Shown: positions 57,167 through 64,000 of the stretch, in pieces
How positions within the stretch are numbered: the first letter of the stretch is position 1
How the letters are laid out: every line of letters begins with the position of its first letter
Source of the DNA: Steroidobacteraceae bacterium
GTDB taxonomy: Bacteria > Pseudomonadota > Gammaproteobacteria > Steroidobacterales > Steroidobacteraceae
NCBI GenBank assembly: GCA_035652555.1
Contig: DASRDO010000049.1
Location: forward strand, 69,379 to 133,378
Reading direction: 5' to 3'
DNA length: 64,000 nucleotides
The notes under the pieces: generated by a model
Databases searched by the model: none
Told to the model about the DNA's origin: nothing
Seen by the model: only the letters and a program-made list of their open reading frames with translations
Made by a program: the position numbers and the translations under genes

Positions 57167-59212
57167 ATGATAGGTCGCTTCGCATACGCGTCCGTGCCAG
57201 CCCTTATGCTCGCGCTTGCAGCTCTGCCGACCCCGGCGGCGGCAGGGCCGATGGCGCTCACCGACTACCGCATGTTGGTCGGCATCGCCGCACCGCAATT
57301 CTCGCCCGATGGCAGGCAGATTGCGTTTCTGACCGTGCGGTCGGATTTCGTGAACGATCGCTACGAGGCGACATTGCGGGTGATTCCGGCCGTTGGCGGT
57401 GAGTCGCGCGCCATCGTCGTCGATATTCCGGATCTGGAAGAGCCCAGGTGGTCGCCCGACGGGCGCATGCTGGCATTCCTCGGTACCGTGCAGAACGGAA
57501 AATCCCAGATCTACACGGTACCCGCTGCGGGCGGAACACCGGCGCAGCTCAGTAACGCGCCGAACGGTGTGGAGCAATTCGCGTGGAGCCCGGATGGGGA
57601 CACGGTGGCTTACGTCACACCCGACGATTCTCCCATCAGTGACCAGGATCGACGTACCCATCAGGATCTCTTCATCATCCGGCATGACGACTATCTCGCG
57701 GACAAGCCGGCTGTCCCGTCGCATATCTGGCTGCTCTCGGTGAAGACGGGGAAGTCACGTCAACTCACGCGCGGCCCGACGAGTGTGCTCGAAGCTGCGC
57801 CGCCCTTCGGCGGGCGGCCCTCTGCGCCATCATGGTCGGCGGATGGCCGCTGGATCGTGTACACCCGGCAGGCCGATGCCAATGATGCCGACTCGGACCG
57901 GACCACCGCCGTAGCGGTGAATGTTGCGAGCGGGGAGGAGGGTGCGCTCAGCACTCGGGACAGCTACGAATACGACCCGCGGTTCGCGCCCAAGGGCGGG
58001 GAAGTTGCCTACCTGTATCTGCATGGCCCCGGCGCCGTCAGCGATGTCGATCTGTTTGTTGGCTCGCCGGATGGTGGCGCCGTTCGGGACGTGAGCGCCG
58101 ACCTGGATCGGAATCTCCTCGCCGACTTTGCCTGGCTGCCGGATGGCAGCGGGGTAGTCGTGATGGCCGACGACCACATCGGCAGCAAGCTCTACGTGCA
58201 GCCGCTGCGCGGTCAGGGGCATGCGCTGAATCTCGGCGCTCTCAATCCTCTGGATCTCGCTTCCGCGCCCGATGGCGCGCTGGCCGTGGTCGCAGACAGC
58301 GCTTCGCAGGCACCCGAGCTCTACCTGCTGCGCACACCCGACAGCTCCCCGCAGCAGCTCACGCACTTCAACAGCCGCTTTGCGGCGTTCACATATCCCA
58401 ACAGCATTGAGGTGCAATGGCATGCATCGGACGGCCAACCTGACGACGGCATATTGACCTATCCTGACGGTTATCATCCGGGCAAGCGCTACCCGCTGGT
58501 CGTCTTCAGCCATGGCGGTCCGGAGGCTGCATCGACCGCGGATTTCGACGGCGGAGAGATCGGGCCACTGCGCGACCTCTTCGCGGCACGCGGCTATCTG
58601 GTCTTCGAGCCCAACTACCGCGGTAGTGACAATCTCGGCAATGCTCATGAGCACGCCATCTACCGCGATCCCGGCGCAGGCCCCGACAAAGACGTCATCT
58701 CCGGCATCAAGATGCTGCAGGGGAGGGGTATCGTCGACAGCGCGCGGATCGCCGCCGTGGGCCACTCCTACGGGGGCTACATGACGGCCTGGCTGATTTC
58801 GCACGAGCACTTCTGGCGCTGTGCCGTGGTGGCGGATGGCGCGCTCGATTGGACGGAAGAATACGAGCTGTCGGGCGCCGGCAACCTGGCGTGGACCCGC
58901 GACTCCCTCGGCGGCACTCCGTGGGACAAGGCGAGCGCCGAGCTGTATCGCACCGGCTCGCCGATCACCTACGCCGGCGACATCACCACACCAACGTTGA
59001 TCGTTTCCGGGACCGATGACGTCACCGTCCCCATCACCGAATCCTTCGCGCTCTACCACGCGCTGAGCAGCCGGCACGTCCCCGTGACCTTCATCGGGAT
59101 CCCCGGCGCCCACCATTCGCCACAGGACCCGGTGCACCGGGAGTTGTATTATCGTGCGATCGACCAATGGGTGGCGGCCCGCCTCGGCCATGATGCGGCG
59201 GGAGCCGACTAG
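57167..59212 (+). CDS. S9-family serine peptidase (TolB-like beta-propeller + prolyl-oligopeptidase catalytic domain), exported
   Basis: 681 aa. Signal peptide: ALMLALAALPTPAAAGP. Propeller repeats contain SPDG/WSPDG. Catalytic motifs: GHSYGGYM, SGTDDVTVP, PGAHHS. Confidence 0.88.
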   Translation: MIGRFAYASVPALMLALAALPTPAAAGPMALTDYRMLVGIAAPQFSPDGRQIAFLTVRSDFVNDRYEATLRVIPAVGGESRAIVVDIPDLEEPRWSPDGRMLAFLGTVQNGKSQIYTVPAAGGTPAQLSNAPNGVEQFAWSPDGDTVAYVTPDDSPISDQDRRTHQDLFIIRHDDYLADKPAVPSHIWLLSVKTGKSRQLTRGPTSVLEAAPPFGGRPSAPSWSADGRWIVYTRQADANDADSDRTTAVAVNVASGEEGALSTRDSYEYDPRFAPKGGEVAYLYLHGPGAVSDVDLFVGSPDGGAVRDVSADLDRNLLADFAWLPDGSGVVVMADDHIGSKLYVQPLRGQGHALNLGALNPLDLASAPDGALAVVADSASQAPELYLLRTPDSSPQQLTHFNSRFAAFTYPNSIEVQWHASDGQPDDGILTYPDGYHPGKRYPLVVFSHGGPEAASTADFDGGEIGPLRDLFAARGYLVFEPNYRGSDNLGNAHEHAIYRDPGAGPDKDVISGIKMLQGRGIVDSARIAAVGHSYGGYMTAWLISHEHFWRCAVVADGALDWTEEYELSGAGNLAWTRDSLGGTPWDKASAELYRTGSPITYAGDITTPTLIVSGTDDVTVPITESFALYHALSSRHVPVTFIGIPGAHHSPQDPVHRELYYRAIDQWVAARLGHDAAGAD

Positions 59213-59228
59213 CCGCTGAGCAGAAAGG

Positions 59229-59711
59229 ATGGTCCGTATGCGTGTCTCGAGCGTCGAAGTGACTCCGGTGAGCGCGCACGGTCCGGCGGCGTGGGCATGC
59301 CTCGAGCGCTATTTCGAAGAGCTTGCCGCCCGCTTCCCGGAGGGCTTCGACTGGGGAAGCGACGGCGGGGTGGAGCTCGACGACTATCTCCCGCCGGCCG
59401 GCGTCTTCCTGGTGGCCCAGATCCTCGGCGAGCCGGCGGGTTGCGGCGCGCTGCGCACGTTCTCGCCGGGCGTCGGCGAGATCAAGCGAATGTGGGTATC
59501 GCCGGAGGTTCGCGGTATGGGCGTGGGTCGCAGGCTTCTCGAAGAGCTGGAGTGTGCGGCGCGGGCGCGCAACCTGCGCGCCGTGCGTCTGGATACCCAC
59601 TCCGTCCTCGCACAGGCGCTGCAGCTCTACCGCAGCTCAGGCTACCGCGAAATCCCCCGCTTCAACGACAATCCGTACGCGCACCACTGGTTCGAGAAGA
59701 TGCTCGACTGA
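59229..59711 (+). CDS. GNAT-family N-acetyltransferase
   Basis: 160 aa. Motif: IKRMWVSPEVRGMGVGRRLLEELECAA...LYRSSGYREI. Confidence 0.8.
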   Translation: MVRMRVSSVEVTPVSAHGPAAWACLERYFEELAARFPEGFDWGSDGGVELDDYLPPAGVFLVAQILGEPAGCGALRTFSPGVGEIKRMWVSPEVRGMGVGRRLLEELECAARARNLRAVRLDTHSVLAQALQLYRSSGYREIPRFNDNPYAHHWFEKMLD

Positions 59712-59718
59712 AGCGGCG

Positions 59719-60357
59719 CTACCAGTATTGTAGCGGCAGCGCCCGGTAGGATGCCGGGAAGAAGCGCTTCAGGCTCTGGAGCTTCGGCACGTCATTGACT
59801 TCGATGTACTCCATGTGCGGGTTCTTGATCATGAAGTCCTGCTGGCTGAGATCGACCGGGTTGAAGGCTGGCAGCGGATCGATGCGAGTCACGATCTTCT
59901 TCGGGAAGACCTTCGACTGATCGAGCTGCGCGACGTACGCCTGCGCGATGCGGCGCTGGTCGTCGTTCATGTAGAAGATGTCGGAGCGATAGCCACTGCC
60001 GACATCGGGGCCCTGGCGATCGAGCTGTGTGGGGTCGTGCATCGAGAAGAAGATCTGCAGCAGACGGCCATAGCTGAGCACCTTGGGGTCGAAGGTGATC
60101 TGCACCGACTCCGCCCCGCCGTCCTCGTCATTGTGCCCGCCGGTGAAACCGGCGACCACGCGCTTGATTCCTTTGACGTGCTCGAAGAGCCCCTGCGTTC
60201 CCCAGTAGCACCCACCGGCGAGCACCGCCTTCTCCGAGGAGCTGGAGGCATGGGAGTCATCCACCGTGGGCGGCGGCACCATCGTGGGTGGTGTCTCCTG
60301 CGCCGCCGCGGCGCACGATCCGAGCACCAGAATGCCAATGGCCAGCGAGCGGTTCAT
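59719..60357 (-). CDS. msrA: peptide-methionine (S)-S-oxide reductase MsrA, exported/lipoprotein variant
   Basis: Start taken at MNRSLAIGILVLGSCAAAAQ (60355-60357), a signal peptide with a possible lipobox LGSC. The catalytic motif is LAGGCYWGTQ, and FSMHDPTQLDRQGPDVGSGYRS is also present. Confidence 0.85.
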   Translation of the reverse strand: MNRSLAIGILVLGSCAAAAQETPPTMVPPPTVDDSHASSSSEKAVLAGGCYWGTQGLFEHVKGIKRVVAGFTGGHNDEDGGAESVQITFDPKVLSYGRLLQIFFSMHDPTQLDRQGPDVGSGYRSDIFYMNDDQRRIAQAYVAQLDQSKVFPKKIVTRIDPLPAFNPVDLSQQDFMIKNPHMEYIEVNDVPKLQSLKRFFPASYRALPLQYW

Positions 60358-60553
60358 TGCTGCCTCCTGCGAGGTTCTGCGGCTGATGGCCCGATTCTGC
60401 CGCACCATCCCGGCCCGGAACAGGACCATTATGCCGCGCCCGGCCCTGTAGGAAGGGCGGAAGTACACCTGGCCGGAAAACTGGTACAGGTCCGGAAGAT
60501 CGCGGCGGGCAGTTGCCTTGCCGGCAGGAGAGCGCGGGCGTTACTGTATACCC

Positions 60554-60748
60554 ATGGCGGCGGTGCTCCTCTGGCTCATCCTTTTCTTCCTTTGCTGGCC
60601 CCTGGCCTTGCTGGCGTTGCTCCTGTGGCCCCTCATCTGGCTGCTGACCCTGCCGTTTCGGCTCGTCGGAATCGCGGTGGAGGGCGTGTTCGGGCTGCTG
60701 CGGGCGCTGATCCTGCTGCCGGCCCGGGTTCTCAGCGGCAGGCCGTAG
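60554..60748 (+). CDS. small hydrophobic membrane protein (hypothetical)
   Basis: 64 aa from MAAVLLWLILFFLCWPLALLALLLWPLIWLL. It has two predicted TM helices. No family is recognised, and its coding status is supported only by ORF length and hydrophobicity. Confidence 0.35.
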   Translation: MAAVLLWLILFFLCWPLALLALLLWPLIWLLTLPFRLVGIAVEGVFGLLRALILLPARVLSGRP

Positions 60749-60781
60749 CCCCCCTGCGTGGTACGGGCGCCCGACCTTCCT

Positions 60782-61066
60782 TCAATCGCCGCGGCGCGTC
60801 TCGAGGTTGGCGAGCGTCCCGTCTTCTGCGACTTCGAGCAAGAATTCGATCGGCTGGCAACAGACCTGACAGTCTTCGATGTAGCTCGTGGATCCTGAGC
60901 TGAGATCGATCGTCGTGTCGAAGGTCTCACCGCAGTACGGGCAGGGTACCGCCCGTGACTGCACGCTCTCGGGCGCGGCGCTCCCGGGCGCGGCCTCTCC
61001 GGGCTCGATGACCGGCTCGAGGCCGTAGAGCTCATCCACATCCGGCGGAATCTCCTCGTGAGTCAC
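60782..61066 (-). CDS. CPXCG-motif zinc-ribbon protein
   Basis: It carries CPYCG ... CQVCCQP (four-Cys zinc ribbon). Start taken at the GTG at 61066, 5 nt after the TauE stop. The track start at 61120 would overlap TauE by 50 nt. Confidence 0.6.
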   Translation of the reverse strand: MTHEEIPPDVDELYGLEPVIEPGEAAPGSAAPESVQSRAVPCPYCGETFDTTIDLSSGSTSYIEDCQVCCQPIEFLLEVAEDGTLANLETRRGD

Positions 61067-61070
61067 CGCG

Positions 61071-62153
61071 TTACTCACCCATTCGCGCTGAGCGCGCGCC
61101 AACTGCCAGAGTCTCACCATCCGTTTCCGGCCTGCGCCGCCGCGCCGAATTCAACATCATGGCAGCCGCATACACGACCACGCATACGACCAGCCAGCGC
61201 AGCCAGACGAGCGGTATCTCTTTGATCAGGTAACCTGCGATGAGCACTGCCGGCGGGCCGCCGATCGCAAGCCCCAGCGCCACGGGAGCGCTGTAACGCC
61301 GCGTGCGCACGAACCGCAGGCCGCCAATCGGCATGAGGAATGCGCACGAGCCCATCATGATCGGGAACACCGCCCGGGGGCTGAGGCCGAGCAGGCTCAA
61401 CATGATCAGACAGGGCGCGTAGAGCCCTATCCCGAGTGTCATCAGCGCCCCGAGCACGAAATTGCCTGCCACGGCCACCAGGAACTGCGTGCCGGGCAGA
61501 CTCGTGGCGCTCCCACCCACCGGCATCCAATTCAGGTTGGATGCGACAAAGAGAACGGCCGCGACGGCGAGCGCGACGCCCATTCCCACCTGGATCGCAC
61601 GTCTGGGCATGCGTGCGACCACGCCCGCACCGAGCCACGCGCCGAGTATGGACGCGCCGATCATTGCGATGAGCAGGCGCGGATCGACGACGATCGCCGC
61701 AATGAAGATGAGCGCCTCGGTCAGCACCGGTAGCGCGTGGCCTACGTTGAGAGTGCCGGGAATGTCCTCGTCGGGAATCCGTCGGGTGAACTTGAGGGCT
61801 GCGGTCGTGGGGGCGAAGTTGCCGATTCCGAGCGTGTCCAGGAAGTTGGTGATGAATCCCACGACGAGATCGAATACGCGGGGACCCCGGGCGGAGGCTG
61901 AATCGGGAGGCGCTGAGCTCGTGGCCACCGGAGCAGGTGCTGCGCTGCCGCCATCGCGCCCCGGCTCGCCGGCGGCGGTGAACTGCTGCTCGAGCTGAGG
62001 CCAGCGCCAGACGAACCAGAGCGTCATCGCTGCAAGCAGCCCGAGTACCAGGCGCGTGATGCCGATGCCGCTCACCGCTGGGGTGAGGTACCAGGTGATT
62101 CCGACGATCGCGAGGCCAAGCGCGCCAAGCAGCGTACGCAGGCCGCGCCTCAC
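61071..62153 (-). CDS. TauE/SafE-family anion (sulfite/sulfonate) exporter with an N-terminal two-helix extension
   Basis: 360 aa. The repeated 4-TM halves are typical of TauE (FITNFLDTLGIGNFAP..., GLYAPCLIMLSLLGLSP...). The extra N-terminal ~100 aa comprise two helices and an Ala/Pro/Ser linker. Confidence 0.8.
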   Translation of the reverse strand: MRRGLRTLLGALGLAIVGITWYLTPAVSGIGITRLVLGLLAAMTLWFVWRWPQLEQQFTAAGEPGRDGGSAAPAPVATSSAPPDSASARGPRVFDLVVGFITNFLDTLGIGNFAPTTAALKFTRRIPDEDIPGTLNVGHALPVLTEALIFIAAIVVDPRLLIAMIGASILGAWLGAGVVARMPRRAIQVGMGVALAVAAVLFVASNLNWMPVGGSATSLPGTQFLVAVAGNFVLGALMTLGIGLYAPCLIMLSLLGLSPRAVFPIMMGSCAFLMPIGGLRFVRTRRYSAPVALGLAIGGPPAVLIAGYLIKEIPLVWLRWLVVCVVVYAAAMMLNSARRRRPETDGETLAVGARSARMGE

Positions 62154-62265
62154 GGCGTCCTCTTCATCGCCAATGAGCCCTCATCCGCGCCTCGGGGACA
62201 TTCACCTGCCATGCTACACCGTATACCATTGACGGAACGGTACAAATCACTCGCAAGGGTCCGCC

Positions 62266-63186
62266 ATGCCACCCCAGAATTCCTCGCCCGGCTGCACGTG
62301 GTCCGGCGTATTGCCGGCCGTAACCACCCAGTTCGACGCCCGCCTCGAGGTCGACCTCCCCGCCACCCGCGCGGTGCAGTCCGCTCTGGTCGAGGAGGGC
62401 GTCCACGGCCTGGTGGTACTGGGGACGTGCGGGGAGAACAATTCCCTCACCGCCGAGGAAAAGCGCACCGTGCTGCGCGGCGCAGTGGAGGCAGTCAGAG
62501 GTCGTGTGCCGATCATCGTGGGCGTCTCCGAGCTGACGACCGCGGCGGCAGTTGCGTTTGCCAGGGATGCCGAGGCGATCGGGGCCACCGCTCTCATGGT
62601 GCTGCCGGCGATGGTGTACGTGCCGAGTGCGCACGAGCTGGAATTCCACTTCCGCTCCGTGGCGGAGGTCACGCGCCTGCCGATCATGCTCTACAACAAT
62701 CCGCCGGCCTACCGGGTGAGCATCGAGACTGCTACCCTGGTCCGCCTGGCGGACGTGCCCAACATCGTCGCGGTGAAGGAATCCGCGCCGGATCCGCGTC
62801 GCTTCACGGATGTGGTCAACGCTTGCGGCGAGCGTTTTGCGCTCTTCGCGGGTCTCGATGATGTGATGTTCGAAGGCATCACACTGGGTGCGCGCGGCTG
62901 GGTCTCCGGGCTCACCAACGCCTTTCCGCGCGAGTCGCTGGCGCTCTACGAGGCGCTCCAGGGTGGCGATCTCGTCCGCGCCCGTAAGATCTACCGCTGG
63001 TTCATGCCGCTGCTGCATCTCGACGCCGAGCATGATCTGGTGCAGTCGATCAAGCTCGCCGAGCAGATCATGGGCCGCGGCAGCGAGCGGGTGAGACCGC
63101 CGCGGCTGCCGCTCACCGGAGCGCGGCGGGAAGAGGTGACTCGCCTGGTCGAGCGCGCGGCCGCTACTCGCAACCAGATAGCCTGA
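62266..63186 (+). CDS. dihydrodipicolinate synthase / N-acetylneuraminate lyase family (class I aldolase or dehydratase)
   Basis: 306 aa. Motifs: WSGVLPAVTTQF, GLVVLGTCGENNSLT, MLYNNP. The Schiff-base Lys context is IVAVKESA. The substrate cannot be assigned from sequence. Confidence 0.85.
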   Translation: MPPQNSSPGCTWSGVLPAVTTQFDARLEVDLPATRAVQSALVEEGVHGLVVLGTCGENNSLTAEEKRTVLRGAVEAVRGRVPIIVGVSELTTAAAVAFARDAEAIGATALMVLPAMVYVPSAHELEFHFRSVAEVTRLPIMLYNNPPAYRVSIETATLVRLADVPNIVAVKESAPDPRRFTDVVNACGERFALFAGLDDVMFEGITLGARGWVSGLTNAFPRESLALYEALQGGDLVRARKIYRWFMPLLHLDAEHDLVQSIKLAEQIMGRGSERVRPPRLPLTGARREEVTRLVERAAATRNQIA

Positions 63187-63285
63187 CGTCGACTCGACCG
63201 CAGGCGCGCGCTTGCGTTGCGCTTGCACGCGGGCGCAGCCGCAGGATAGGGCACGTCGCCTGCTTGCTCCCATGGCTTCTTTCGT

Positions 63286-63915
63286 TTGGCGCAACGTGTA
63301 CGAGGAGGCATGGCTATGGCAACGTTGAGCGGCATGAAAGTGGCCATTCTGGCGGCGGAAGGCTTCGAGCAATCCGAGCTCACCGAGCCGCGCAAGGCGC
63401 TCGAGGATGCGGGCGCGCAGACCCGAGTGATATCGCCCGCCAAGGGCGAAGTGCAGGGCTGGAAACACTTCGACAAGGGCGAACGGATCAAGGTCGACGT
63501 GCCATTGGAACAGGCCGACGCTGCGGACTACGACGCGCTGCTGTTGCCGGGCGGTGTGGCCAATCCGGACCAGCTCCGTGCGATGCCGAAAGCCGTGCAG
63601 TTCGTTCGCTCCTTCTTCGAGACCGGTAAGCCCGTGGCCGCAATCTGCCATGGTCCCTGGACCTTGATCGATGCCGGTGTGGTGCGCGGCCGTACGCTGA
63701 CCTCCTGGCCCTCGCTCAAGACGGACTTGATCAACGCGGGGGCCATGTGGGTCGATCAGGAGGTCTGTGTCGATCATGGGCTGGTCTCCAGCCGCAAGCC
63801 GGCCGACATCCCGGCTTTCAACCAGAGAATGATCGAGCAGTTCGCCGGCGGACGGCAGTCGGGCAAGGCTGCGGTGTCGCGAGCCGCACCGGGCAGTTCT
63901 CCGCGACCGCACTGA
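63286..63915 (+). CDS. DJ-1/PfpI-family protein (type 1 glutamine amidotransferase-like)
   Basis: Motifs: KVAILAAEGFEQSELTEP, LLLPGGVANPD, and the nucleophile elbow AAICHGPW. The start is probably one of the internal Met codons (63316 or 63334). Confidence 0.88.
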   Translation: MAQRVRGGMAMATLSGMKVAILAAEGFEQSELTEPRKALEDAGAQTRVISPAKGEVQGWKHFDKGERIKVDVPLEQADAADYDALLLPGGVANPDQLRAMPKAVQFVRSFFETGKPVAAICHGPWTLIDAGVVRGRTLTSWPSLKTDLINAGAMWVDQEVCVDHGLVSSRKPADIPAFNQRMIEQFAGGRQSGKAAVSRAAPGSSPRPH

Positions 63916-63939
63916 TTTCGCGGCCCGCCCCATCGGGGA

Positions 63940-63970
63940 GCTCCCGCCGCGGACGTGAAGCGGCGGGAGC
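63940..63970 (+). terminator. GC-rich hairpin (11-bp stem GCTCCCGCCGC / GCGGCGGGAGC, 9-nt loop) after the PfpI gene
   Basis: The arms are exact reverse complements at 63940-63950 and 63960-63970, 25 nt after the stop codon. No U-tract follows. Confidence 0.4.
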
Positions 63971-64000
63971 GGCCGCGCATGTTATGATCGTGCCTACGTC

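Overview
This is a visibly GC-rich (not computed), densely coding chromosomal segment from a Gram-negative bacterium, judged from a TonB-dependent receptor, an OprB-type porin, and lipoprotein and Tat signals. I can support about 55 protein-coding genes. I found no rRNA, tRNA, CRISPR array, transposase, integrase or phage genes, and intergenic gaps are all under about 260 nt. Gene content in order:
- myo-inositol catabolism (iolD partial, bifunctional iolC) with an OprB porin
- a cupredoxin and metallophosphoesterase pair, divergent from an ECF sigma/anti-sigma pair
- a four-gene sulfotransferase / small membrane protein / Thr-type sulfatase-fold membrane protein / Cys-type sulfatase operon next to a YafY regulator
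- a GST and a TonB-dependent receptor
- an HtrA-like protease, divergent from a catalytically dead HtrA paralog coupled to a LuxR-type regulator
- a LigB-type ATP-dependent DNA ligase
- assorted small enzymes (PEBP, F420-reductase-like, GNAT, DedA-rhodanese)
- a TetR / Lnt-paralog / secreted lipase-like hydrolase operon
- a lipoprotein beta-propeller and a 1322-aa DUF3683-FAD-FeS-CCG dehydrogenase
- gltBD, xthA and otsBA
- a soluble PAS hybrid histidine kinase, then LacI with a Na+/solute symporter
- a secreted alpha/beta-hydrolase::FGE-fold fusion followed by BlaI and a sensor-less M56 protein
- DUF4188 with a TetR regulator, an orphan ParB-fold protein, and a MATE pump
- DUF899 with a wHTH regulator, an S9 peptidase, an exported MsrA, TauE with a CPXCG protein, a DHDPS-family enzyme and a PfpI/DJ-1 protein

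No canonical defence or mobile system is visible. The four candidates I rank highest for something undescribed are:
1. the HtrA / pseudo-HtrA / pseudo-receiver LuxR module (15.9-18.4 kb)
2. the phased CTGCAAG repeat array and hairpins upstream of the orphan ParB-like gene (52.2-52.4 kb)
3. the sulfotransferase/sulfatase-fold operon (7.1-12.1 kb)
4. the TetR-controlled Lnt-paralog/lipase operon (22.9-26.1 kb)

All product calls rest on motif and family recognition by eye. No database search was run. Many long ORFs in the supplied track are antisense or 5'-extension artefacts typical of high-GC DNA.
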